A stretch of DNA of 31,250 nt, from the NCBI GenBank assembly GCA_034717975.1, contig JAYEMF010000015.1, forward strand, positions 25,786 through 57,035, written 5' to 3'. The notes beneath the pieces are model-generated. The model was given only the letters and a program-made list of their open reading frames with translations, was not told the DNA's origin and made no database searches. The position numbers and the translations under genes are program-made. This DNA is from Campylobacterota bacterium. GTDB lineage: Bacteria; Campylobacterota; Campylobacteria; Campylobacterales; Sulfurimonadaceae. Position 1 is the first letter of the stretch; every line of letters begins with the position of its first letter. Shown here one piece after another: positions 9,146 to 17,365 of the stretch.

Positions 9146-9913
9146 ATGAAAGATAAAGTACTGTTTATCAGTGGAGGAACACGTGGGATCGGTAAAGCGA
9201 TCGTTTACTCATTCGCTGAAAAAGGGTGTGATGTAGCATTTACTTATGCATCTAGTGCAGATACGGCCAATGAGATTATTGCTGATGTTGAAAAACAGTT
9301 TGGCGTTAAATGTAGAGCTTACAAACTAAACATCTTAGAGCCGTTAACTTACAAAGATGTCTTTAAAGAGTTTGATGAAGATTTCGACCGTATCGACTAC
9401 TTTATCTCCAATGCGATCATCTCCGGTCGGGCTGTTGTCGGAGGTTTCGGTCCGTTTATGCGCCTGAAACCAAGAGGCCTTGACAATATCTGGACTGCAA
9501 CCGTAGATGCTTTTGTTGTCGGTTCGCAGGAAGCGGCCAAACGTATGGAAAAGACAGGCGGCGGATCGATCATCTCGATGAGCTCTACCGGTAATCTGGT
9601 CTATACTCCAAATTACGCCGGTCACGGTTCCAATAAAGCTGCCGTTGAAGCAATGGTCCGCTATGCAGCAGCGGAACTGGGTGATAAAAATATCCGTGTC
9701 AACGCTGTCAGCGGCGGTCCGATCGATACCGATGCCCTTAAAGCGTTCCCTAACTATGAAGAGGTGAAAGCAGAGGTTGTTAAACGTTCTCCGCTCAACC
9801 GTATGGGTGATGCTACAGACCTTACGGGGGCCTGTCTCTTCCTATGCAGCGGAGCAGCATCATGGCTGACCGGTCAGACCATCGTTATTGATGGCGGGAC
9901 ATCATTTCAATAA
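9146..9913 (+). CDS. SDR oxidoreductase, FabL-like enoyl-ACP reductase (often annotated 7-alpha-hydroxysteroid dehydrogenase)
   Basis: SGGTRGIG, YAGHGSNKAA and VSGGPIDTDAL motifs; follows dapA as in Campylobacter/Helicobacter. Confidence 0.88.
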   Translation: MKDKVLFISGGTRGIGKAIVYSFAEKGCDVAFTYASSADTANEIIADVEKQFGVKCRAYKLNILEPLTYKDVFKEFDEDFDRIDYFISNAIISGRAVVGGFGPFMRLKPRGLDNIWTATVDAFVVGSQEAAKRMEKTGGGSIISMSSTGNLVYTPNYAGHGSNKAAVEAMVRYAAAELGDKNIRVNAVSGGPIDTDALKAFPNYEEVKAEVVKRSPLNRMGDATDLTGACLFLCSGAASWLTGQTIVIDGGTSFQ

Positions 9914-10014
9914 TGGGTACGGCAAATGGGCAAAGCCCATTTACCTGCGTTAACACTGGGTTTGCTTTAGCAGCAGGCTCACGCGCAGTTAAACCGTGCT
10001 CTTTACCCATAATT
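9909..10014. repeat. Short palindromic MITE-like insertion
   Basis: Ends AATAATGGGTA (9909-9919) / TACCCATAATT (10004-10014), 10 of 11 complementary. Internal perfect hairpin AAATGGGC-AAA-GCCCATTT (9924-9942). Confidence 0.6.
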
Positions 10015-10080
10015 AGCCACTTGTCATTCATCACGAATAAACACTTGCTATTCACTCAGAAAGGTAATGTTCTTGCTTAA
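9913..10080 (+). CDS. 55-aa bridging ORF between enoyl-ACP reductase and pgsA
   Basis: MGTANGQSPFTCVNTGFALAAGSRAVKPCSLPIISHLSFITNKHLLFTQKGNVLA*. Starts in a TAATG overlap with the upstream stop and ends 14 nt into pgsA. Below the ORF-track length cutoff; expression unproven. Confidence 0.4.
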   Translation: MGTANGQSPFTCVNTGFALAAGSRAVKPCSLPIISHLSFITNKHLLFTQKGNVLA

Positions 10081-10621
10081 CTTACCTAACCTGCTGGCTT
10101 CACTGCGTATCCTGATGGCACCGGTGATGTTCTGGATTATTCTCAATCCACAGCTTTTTACTGATAACGGTATGCATATTTCGTGGAACTACTATGTTGC
10201 ATCCCTGCTCTTTGTCCTGGCCAGCATAACAGACTTTTTTGACGGCTTTATTGCGCGTCAGCTTGATCAGATGACAATGTTGGGAGCGATTCTTGATCCA
10301 CTGGCGGATAAGATGCTTGTTCTCGCTGCATTTTTAGGTTTGATGATGGTTGGTGAGGCTTCGGCATGGGCGATCTATATCATCATTGTGCGTGAGCTCT
10401 TCATCACCGGTCTTCGTACCGTGGCAGTCAGCGAAGGGATAAGTGTTGCAGCATCCTGGGCAGGTAAAGTTAAAACCGTCGCCCAGATGTTTGCCATCGG
10501 ATTTCTACTGATGCACTGGCCTTACGGTGATGCACTTCTCTGGTTTGCCGTCGCACTAACCGTCTACTCCGGTCTGGAATATCTCTGGGGCTTTGGTAAA
10601 GCCATTAAGGAAAAAAATTGA
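10067..10621 (+). CDS. pgsA: CDP-diacylglycerol--glycerol-3-phosphate 3-phosphatidyltransferase
   Basis: NLPNLL..LR, TDFFDGFIAR...LGAILDPLADK CDP-alcohol phosphotransferase motif, GKVKT. Confidence 0.96.
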   Translation: MFLLNLPNLLASLRILMAPVMFWIILNPQLFTDNGMHISWNYYVASLLFVLASITDFFDGFIARQLDQMTMLGAILDPLADKMLVLAAFLGLMMVGEASAWAIYIIIVRELFITGLRTVAVSEGISVAASWAGKVKTVAQMFAIGFLLMHWPYGDALLWFAVALTVYSGLEYLWGFGKAIKEKN

Positions 10622-10782
10622 GCTGGTTGTGCACTTCTTTTGACAGGTCCAAGGGAGTAAATCCCTTGAACTACGATAACTCTACGTTTGCCTCGGCGGC
10701 AAGCCCACGCACCCTTGGCGCTTTGTATCCTCTTTACACTTCACCTTTTACACTTTACTCTTTCCGAAAGAAAATATTATGA
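10618..10782 (+). CDS. 54-aa bridging ORF between pgsA and rseP, starting with a duplicate of the RseP N-terminus (MSWL)
   Basis: TTG start overlaps the pgsA stop (TTGA) and the TGA overlaps the rseP ATG (ATGA). Translates MSWLCTSFDRSKGVNPLNYDNSTFASAASPRTLGALYPLYTSPFTLYSFRKKIL*. Expression unproven. Confidence 0.45.
   Translation: MSWLCTSFDRSKGVNPLNYDNSTFASAASPRTLGALYPLYTSPFTLYSFRKKIL
10733..10765 (+). repeat. Degenerate heptamer tandem repeat
   Basis: TTTACAC TTCACCT TTTACAC TTTACTC TTTCC. Confidence 0.6.
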
Positions 10783-11831
10783 GCTGGTTAATCTCCCTCG
10801 CGGTCCTCTCCGCACTCATCTTCTTTCATGAGCTGGGTCACTATATGGCAGCCCGTCTCATGGGAGTCTATGTCGAAGTATTCAGTGTCGGTTTCGGCAA
10901 ACGTATTTATGGTTTTCGATGGCTTGACACCGACTGGCGTATTGCTGCCATTCCACTGGGCGGCTATGTGAAGATGAAGGGTCAGGATGACCTTGATCCG
11001 ACGTCAAACAGCATCGACAGTGACAGCTACAATGCCAAGACGCCCGCACAGCGTATCTTCATTCTTCTTGCCGGTCCGGCAGCAAATTTTCTTCTCGCCT
11101 TTTTTCTTTACCTGTTCATCGGGATGGGTGGTCCGCAGACTCTTTCACCGATTATTGGAAAAGTAGTCGAAGACTCCCCTGCAGCGGTAGCCGGACTGCA
11201 GACTAACGACAAGATCATCTCCATCAATGGCACCGAGATCACAACCTGGAAAGCAATGTCCAACACTATCAAAACTTCCCAAGGTGATCTCACGCTGGTA
11301 ATTGAGCGTAGCACTATGCTTGAACATATCATCCTGTCGCCTCGTATCACAGAGACGACCAATATCTTTGGTGAAACTGTACAGCGACGAATGGTCGGCA
11401 TCGGATCAGCCGGTATCTACCATGAGCTGGAGATGGGCTTTTTCGGATCGATCGGCTACGCAGCAGAAGAGACCTGGCAGGCATCAACCCTGATCTTTCT
11501 GAGTCTGCAAAAACTCCTGAGTGGAGCAGTACCGGCCAAAGAGCTCGGCGGTGTCGTAAGCATTGTTCAGATCACTGCACAGGCGAGTGAAGCGGGCTGG
11601 ATGAGTGTCCTCTTCTTTGCCGCACTGATCTCGGTAAATCTCGGTGTTTTGAACCTCCTGCCTATCCCTGCTCTCGATGGCGGCCATATCATGTTCAACC
11701 TTTACGAGATGATTACCCGCCACGCACCAAGTGAAGCTGTGCTTATGCGTCTGACCATAGCAGGATGGGCTATTTTACTAGGCTTGATGAGTCTCGGACT
11801 CTATAACGACTTTAACCGACTTATAGGATAA
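10779..11831 (+). CDS. rseP: RIP metalloprotease RseP
   Basis: HELGH, PLGGYVKM, AGPAAN, a PDZ domain and NLLPIPALDGGH. Confidence 0.97.
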   Translation: MSWLISLAVLSALIFFHELGHYMAARLMGVYVEVFSVGFGKRIYGFRWLDTDWRIAAIPLGGYVKMKGQDDLDPTSNSIDSDSYNAKTPAQRIFILLAGPAANFLLAFFLYLFIGMGGPQTLSPIIGKVVEDSPAAVAGLQTNDKIISINGTEITTWKAMSNTIKTSQGDLTLVIERSTMLEHIILSPRITETTNIFGETVQRRMVGIGSAGIYHELEMGFFGSIGYAAEETWQASTLIFLSLQKLLSGAVPAKELGGVVSIVQITAQASEAGWMSVLFFAALISVNLGVLNLLPIPALDGGHIMFNLYEMITRHAPSEAVLMRLTIAGWAILLGLMSLGLYNDFNRLIG

Positions 11832-11835
11832 AAAC

Positions 11836-12513
11836 ATGACAGAAATTGAGTATAAAATCCATATCGACCATATTATCGACCGTATTGAAAAAGCACGTAT
11901 CTCAGTCAGCGAACACCACATCGTCAAGATTGTCGCTGTTAGCAAATACTCTGATGCCGATGCTGTACGCTCACTCTATAACATCGGACAGCGTGCTTTT
12001 GGCGAGAACAAGGTACAGGATTTAAAAAGCAAAAGCGAAGCGTTAGAAGAGCTCCCACTGGAATGGCACTTCATCGGTAACCTGCAAAAGAACAAGATCA
12101 ACCAGCTTATAGGTCTGAACCCTTTTCTTTTTCACTCTTTGGATTCTGTAGAATTAGCTCAGGCTATGCAGAGCAGACTGGCTGATCGCGATATTGTCAT
12201 GGATACCCTCTTACAGATCAATACAGCCAAAGAAGCTACTAAGTCAGGTGTCATGCCTGAATCAGCTAATGATATTTACGCCCAAATACAGTCCGAGTGT
12301 CCAAACCTCAATCTTAAAGGTGTTATGACTATCGGTGCGCACAGTGATGATGCAACGTTGATCCAAAACAGCTTTGAGCAGACCAGAAAGATCTATGACT
12401 CACTCAATGGTGCGACAATCTGTTCCATGGGAATGAGCAGCGACTTTGAACTGGCCATCAAGTGCGGTTCCAACATGGTCCGACTCGGCTCCGTCATGTT
12501 TCCCAATCAATAA
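11836..12513 (+). CDS. yggS: YggS family pyridoxal phosphate homeostasis protein
   Basis: VAVSKY, FGENKVQ, WHFIGNLQKNK, SMGMSSD and VRLGS motifs. Confidence 0.96.
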   Translation: MTEIEYKIHIDHIIDRIEKARISVSEHHIVKIVAVSKYSDADAVRSLYNIGQRAFGENKVQDLKSKSEALEELPLEWHFIGNLQKNKINQLIGLNPFLFHSLDSVELAQAMQSRLADRDIVMDTLLQINTAKEATKSGVMPESANDIYAQIQSECPNLNLKGVMTIGAHSDDATLIQNSFEQTRKIYDSLNGATICSMGMSSDFELAIKCGSNMVRLGSVMFPNQ

Positions 12514-12538
12514 TCTCTTTACATAGAAAGGAAAAGCC

Positions 12539-12949
12539 ATGCGTTCTACTCTCTTTCTACTTGCACTTCTTAGCGTTTCACTCTCTGCCGCAGATGGCTA
12601 CGAAGTCTATAAAAACAAATGTCAGCAGTGCCACATCGAGATGATCAGCAAAGCAGAGACACTCAAGATCTTCAAAACGCTCAAAGCACCGCCGATGGTC
12701 GAAGTTTCCAACCGTATCAAAGAGAACATCATCATTGCCGATGATGACGATGACGTCAAACGCCGTGTAGTCATCGCTTTTATAAAAGACTACATCGAAA
12801 ATCCAAGTCTTGACTACAGTATGTGTCATGCGATGGCCATTGAGCGCTTTGATATCATGCCTTCTCAGAAAGGTAAACTGACACAAGAAGAGATTGAAGC
12901 CGTTGCAATATGGGTACATGACCGTTATGAAGATACGGAATTCAAATAG
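12539..12949 (+). CDS. Periplasmic monoheme c-type cytochrome
   Basis: Signal peptide, CQQCH heme motif, distal MPS motif. Confidence 0.88.
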   Translation: MRSTLFLLALLSVSLSAADGYEVYKNKCQQCHIEMISKAETLKIFKTLKAPPMVEVSNRIKENIIIADDDDDVKRRVVIAFIKDYIENPSLDYSMCHAMAIERFDIMPSQKGKLTQEEIEAVAIWVHDRYEDTEFK

Positions 12950-13455
12950 TGATACTAAATAACATTAAGATAGGTGATATTCTCGATACCGCCGTGCTTG
13001 AAGAGGTTCAGCCTAGAGCGATGGAGGGCTGTTTCGCTGAAGTGAATGAAGCCGGTTCAATCAACATCTATCTGATCCAGGACCAGATGCCGGAGTGGCT
13101 GATTGCCTTTATGGACCATGACCTTCAACTGGCCTATCTGTCTCTGAACACCATCCCGACTCTCTCATTAAAATTTCGTCACCTGCAGTTGACCATGCCG
13201 ATCTATAATGCAATTCCCCACACAAAACAACTGACACTGTGCAGCTTGGACTTTCCGGAAATGCGTGTCAATAAGATCAACCGTTATACGCTCTCCGACA
13301 CGATGTTTCAAAGCATTAAGAGTGACGTTGATCGCCTGAACGACCGAACCCCTTCTGCAGTTTATGAACTGTTTGATCTACGTGATGAAAATGAGACCAA
13401 TTTCACTATCTTTGAGCAGGGTATGAGAGATATTCTCACCATCAATGCGAGTTAA
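12949..13455 (+). CDS. Hypothetical protein
   Basis: 168-aa ORF whose GTG start overlaps the cytochrome stop and which fills the gap to the galU promoter; no recognised motif. Confidence 0.7.
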   Translation: MILNNIKIGDILDTAVLEEVQPRAMEGCFAEVNEAGSINIYLIQDQMPEWLIAFMDHDLQLAYLSLNTIPTLSLKFRHLQLTMPIYNAIPHTKQLTLCSLDFPEMRVNKINRYTLSDTMFQSIKSDVDRLNDRTPSAVYELFDLRDENETNFTIFEQGMRDILTINAS

Positions 13456-13521
13456 ATACACATCTAATCACAATATTACATAATTAGACTATAATATCAC
13501 CAATATAACTAAGGATTTCCT

Positions 13522-14355
13522 ATGATCAATAAATGTCTTTTCCCCGCAGCAGGCTATGGAACCCGATTTTTGCCCGCAACCAAAGCGATGCCAAAAGAGA
13601 TGCTTCCTATCCTCACCAAGCCACTGATCCAGTACGGTGTAGAAGAGGCTCTTGAAGCGGGTTGTCATATCATGGCCACTATTACCGGTCGTGGTAAACG
13701 GGCTATTACCGATCATTTCGATATCTCTTATGAGCTCGAACACCAGATCAAGGGTTCATCAAAAGAGTCACTGTTAGACGAAATTAGAACCCTTATCGAT
13801 CAATGTACCTTCACCTATACCCGCCAAAATGAGATGAAAGGGCTGGGTGATGCCATCTATAAGGGCAAAGTACTTGTAGGAGATCAGGAGCCGTTCGCCG
13901 TTATTCTTGCTGATGATCTCTGCGTCAATCCGGAAGGTGACGGAATTCTTACCCAGATGGTCAAACTCTATGAAAAATACAAATGCTGTATTGTCGCCAC
14001 CATGGAAGTACCGATGGAAGATGTACATAAATATGGTGTCATCGAGGGAAGTGAGATCGAACCGGGTGTCTTTATGGTCTCCAATATGGTTGAAAAACCT
14101 GATAATGACAAAGCACCGTCCAATCAGGCCGTTATTGGCCGCTATATCCTCACTCCGGATATCTTTGAAGTGATCGAAAACACCAAGCCGGGAAAAAATG
14201 GCGAGCTTCAGATCACCGATGCACTCAAAACACAGGCTGAAAAAGGGATGGTGATCGCCTACAACTTCAAAGGGCGCCGTTTTGACTGCGGAAGTGTCGA
14301 CGGGTTTGTAGAAGCGACCAACTACTTCTATGATCTGTCTAAAGGGCACCTCTAA
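13522..14355 (+). CDS. galU: UTP--glucose-1-phosphate uridylyltransferase
   Basis: PAAGYGTRFLPATKAMPKEMLP, VEKP, GRYIL, GELQITDA and FDCG motifs; TATAAT at 13490-13495 and AAGGA RBS. Confidence 0.98.
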   Translation: MINKCLFPAAGYGTRFLPATKAMPKEMLPILTKPLIQYGVEEALEAGCHIMATITGRGKRAITDHFDISYELEHQIKGSSKESLLDEIRTLIDQCTFTYTRQNEMKGLGDAIYKGKVLVGDQEPFAVILADDLCVNPEGDGILTQMVKLYEKYKCCIVATMEVPMEDVHKYGVIEGSEIEPGVFMVSNMVEKPDNDKAPSNQAVIGRYILTPDIFEVIENTKPGKNGELQITDALKTQAEKGMVIAYNFKGRRFDCGSVDGFVEATNYFYDLSKGHL

Positions 14356-14384
14356 AGAAGAAGTATAATAGACGTCTACATCCT

Positions 14385-14465
14385 GTCATCCCTGCGAAGG
14401 CAGGGATCTAAAGTACTCAAATTTTCAGCTTATAGAGTTTAGACTCCTGCCTTTGCAGGAGTGAC
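14385..14465. repeat. Double-hairpin palindromic repeat (GTCAT...TGAC type) between convergent galU and flgS; possible bidirectional terminator
   Basis: GTCATCCCTGCGAAGGCAGGGATCT ... AGACTCCTGCCTTTGCAGGAGTGAC; second family member at 22200-22265. Confidence 0.9.
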
Positions 14466-14486
14466 GGCAAACGAACTTTTCACTTT

Positions 14487-15473
14487 TCATTTACTCAGCC
14501 GAATCCTAAACCCTTTCTCTTCTCCGGGTGCCAGTGATACATCACCGCCATGCGCCTGGGCAATCTGCTGGGAAAGAACCAGTCCCAGACCATTACCCTT
14601 CTCTTTTGTACTTTTAAACGCTACAAACAACGCATTTTCATCTTCGATCGCTACACCGCTGTCATAGACTGTGAAGTAATGAAATGTCTCATCCTGATCA
14701 TAGACCACTTTGACACTCCCCTCCTCTTTATCATCGAGTTCGATTGCATCGATGGCGTTAAAGATAAAGTTTGAGAACATCATTGCCAGAAGGTCAGCAT
14801 CACCGGACAAAATAAACTGATGTTCAGGCAGTGTAAACCTGATCGGTTTTGCATAGCTGTAGTACTCGATCGCCTCTTCCATCGCCTCTTTAAGCTCGCT
14901 CCAGCGCATCGGTTGGATGTTCGCTTTGATTCCCTTGGAGAAGAGCAGTGTCGCTTTGATGATACGTTCAATGCGATAGACGGATTTCTGAATCTCATCG
15001 ACCATCGGCTGGTTCTCTTCAATAACACGCTTTCTAAGCGTCGAAGTCATCAAGGAGATCGCACCTATCGGGTTGCGAATCTCATGCGAAAGATGGGCTG
15101 CCATCTGCCCCATGGTTGCAAGGTTCTCTTTGCGTTTCTGTTCCGTGATATCGGTCGCACTGAAGAGATACTTCTCTTTGTATCGGTTACTTTTAATGAG
15201 ATAGGAGCGCTCTAAAAACGAGACTTCATAATCATCGTTTTCATGTTGCAGCATCGGCACAAGCATACTAAGTTCTTTGGCTTTGGAGTTTTGCAAGAAG
15301 ACATCGCCGTTGGCTTCCAGAATCCAGATAGCATTGGGCAGGAACTCGACAACCTGCTCAATCGTATCGAGCAGATGCGCATAATCACCGCGAAGTGCTT
15401 TGTACTCGTTCTCGACCTGATAGGTCTGTTCTATCAGCGCCTTGAGCTCATCGGGGGTGATCGTCTCAGCCAT
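14487..15473 (-). CDS. flgS: Cytoplasmic sensor histidine kinase, FlgS-like
   Basis: LATMGQMAAHLSHEIRNPIGAISL H-box, N-box NFIFNAIDAI, DSG and KGNGLGL; no TM segments; resembles Campylobacter FlgS. Confidence 0.8.
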   Translation of the reverse strand: MAETITPDELKALIEQTYQVENEYKALRGDYAHLLDTIEQVVEFLPNAIWILEANGDVFLQNSKAKELSMLVPMLQHENDDYEVSFLERSYLIKSNRYKEKYLFSATDITEQKRKENLATMGQMAAHLSHEIRNPIGAISLMTSTLRKRVIEENQPMVDEIQKSVYRIERIIKATLLFSKGIKANIQPMRWSELKEAMEEAIEYYSYAKPIRFTLPEHQFILSGDADLLAMMFSNFIFNAIDAIELDDKEEGSVKVVYDQDETFHYFTVYDSGVAIEDENALFVAFKSTKEKGNGLGLVLSQQIAQAHGGDVSLAPGEEKGFRIRLSK

Positions 15474-16734
15474 AGCGGCTCATACTCAGCAGAATCTGGT
15501 AGAGCTGATGGGCATCACAACTGCCCGCAAGCTCACGAATGGAGTGCATGGCGAAGGTCGGCAATCCGACATCCACCGTCTCGATACCAAGCCGTGTCGC
15601 CGTAATCGGTCCGATCGTCGAACCACATCCCATATCATTACGCGTTACAAACTGCTGCAGCGGCAGCTCAGCTTCATCAGCTGCATGGACAAAGCGTGAA
15701 ACAGTCCGTGAACTCGATGCATAACGCTGATTGGCATTGACTTTGATCACAACACCTTTATTGACCTGCGGAGCGTGGTTTTTATCGTGTTTGTCACTGA
15801 AGTTGGGATGGATGGCATGGGCGTTATCGCAGGAGATCATCATCGATTTTTGAAGCATGTGCGTATACGCCTCATACTCTGAATAGATTCGACGAAGTAC
15901 GTTCTCCAAAAACGGCCCCGCCGCACCGGAAGCCGAGTCACTGCCGATCTCTTCATGATCACTGCAGATCATCAGCATCGGAGTATCGGCTTCAACACTG
16001 CAGACAGTCAAAAGCGCAGTATAACAGCTTAGCAGATTATCTAATCTCGCCGATGCAATAAAATCCCGGTTGACACCGATAAATGACGCTGGCTGCGTGT
16101 CATAAAAACTTAGTTCATGTGAAAGAATTTTATCTACATCCCCTACCCCATTCTGCTTGATCGCATCGATGATCCAGGCATCAAAATCAAACGACTGATC
16201 AGAGGTGATGATGGGGACAATATCGGTTTGTGCATTGACTGAGCGGTTCTTGTTCGCCTCTTTATCCAGATGAATGGCTAATGAGGGGATCATTGCAATC
16301 GGTGCCTTCATATCGATCAAAGCCTCTTTTATCATACCGTCTGCATCACGATATGCTGCACGGCCTGCAATAGAGAGGTCCCTATCAAACCATGGGTTTA
16401 ACAGTAATCCACCATATGACTCGACACCCAGCTGAACCAGGCCATCTTTTTTAATGACAGGGTTGGGTTTGATCTTCAGATTCGGCGAATCGGTATGGGC
16501 ACCGATCATCAGGTAGTCATTTCGCGTCTTCGGGTAGGTAAATGCGATAACGGAGGAGTCATTACGGGTGACATAATACTTATGTCCGGCTTCCAGCTGC
16601 CAGGGAGCTTTTTCATCCAACTGTTCAAAACCGGCATTTTTAAGCATGCCGGTCATATTTGCCACTGCATGAAAAGGTGTCGGTGATGCATCCAGAAAGC
16701 CTAACAGACCTTCATTAAAACTATTTTGATCCAC
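15466..16734 (-). CDS. M18 family (aspartyl) aminopeptidase
   Basis: SPTPFHAV, GAHTDSP, RLDNL, DHEEIGS, CGSTIGP and MHSIRE motifs. GTG at 16734 is the more plausible start than 16752. Confidence 0.93.
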   Translation of the reverse strand: MDQNSFNEGLLGFLDASPTPFHAVANMTGMLKNAGFEQLDEKAPWQLEAGHKYYVTRNDSSVIAFTYPKTRNDYLMIGAHTDSPNLKIKPNPVIKKDGLVQLGVESYGGLLLNPWFDRDLSIAGRAAYRDADGMIKEALIDMKAPIAMIPSLAIHLDKEANKNRSVNAQTDIVPIITSDQSFDFDAWIIDAIKQNGVGDVDKILSHELSFYDTQPASFIGVNRDFIASARLDNLLSCYTALLTVCSVEADTPMLMICSDHEEIGSDSASGAAGPFLENVLRRIYSEYEAYTHMLQKSMMISCDNAHAIHPNFSDKHDKNHAPQVNKGVVIKVNANQRYASSSRTVSRFVHAADEAELPLQQFVTRNDMGCGSTIGPITATRLGIETVDVGLPTFAMHSIRELAGSCDAHQLYQILLSMSRYG

Positions 16735-17341
16735 GCTTCTTTTTCTCCTCAACTATCAGATTGATTACAGCCCTGTTTTTGCCATATCTTGCGAAATAGA
16801 GGACATCTCTTCCTTCATGATCGACATGCATAACATCTGCACCGGCCAAGATCAGCACTCTGACCATCTCCAGCGAGCCCTCTCTGGCTGCCAGCTGAAG
16901 CGCTGTTCTCCCACTGCTGTCATGACTGTCAACCGGTACGCCCTGCCTCAAAAGCTTTTTAACACTCTTCGTACTATTATCTGCCACAGCCTGATGAAGT
17001 TCAGGCAATTCAAATTTACGTTCCTGATGTTTTTGCGCCTTGACCAGGGCCTGAATCGATTTGACATAGTTGTAATGAATAGCAATGGCCAGTGGCGTAT
17101 ACCCTTTATGATTCTCAATATAGAGATCCGGCTTATACTTCAGCAGTGTACTGACAACAGAATAGCGCCCGATCCGTGTAGCAATATGCAATGGAGTGTC
17201 ACCTTTCTCATCCACTGCATTGATATCTGCACCGCTCTTCAAAAGCTTTACAATCAGCTTTTGATCCAGTTTTTTTACAGCCAGATGAAGCTCTGATGCC
17301 ATCAATGAAAAGCCAAAAAGTAAAATCAACAACCAACGCAT
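16721..17341 (-). CDS. Exported ankyrin-repeat protein
   Basis: Signal peptide; GDTPLHIA, GYTPLAIA and GRTALQLAA ankyrin motifs. Confidence 0.92.
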   Translation of the reverse strand: MRWLLILLFGFSLMASELHLAVKKLDQKLIVKLLKSGADINAVDEKGDTPLHIATRIGRYSVVSTLLKYKPDLYIENHKGYTPLAIAIHYNYVKSIQALVKAQKHQERKFELPELHQAVADNSTKSVKKLLRQGVPVDSHDSSGRTALQLAAREGSLEMVRVLILAGADVMHVDHEGRDVLYFARYGKNRAVINLIVEEKKKRGSK

Positions 17342-17365
17342 ATTTAAGCCTTTCGCACTATTTTC

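Noticed and set aside
12820..12830. Second heme-binding motif in the cytochrome c
   Set aside because: The sequence is YSMCH, lacking the first Cys of CxxCH.
13774..14349. 191-aa - strand ORF
   Set aside because: Antisense to galU, with no independent evidence.
14461..14667. 68-aa + ORF starting in the palindromic repeat
   Set aside because: The GTG comes from the repeat end and the ORF runs antisense into flgS.
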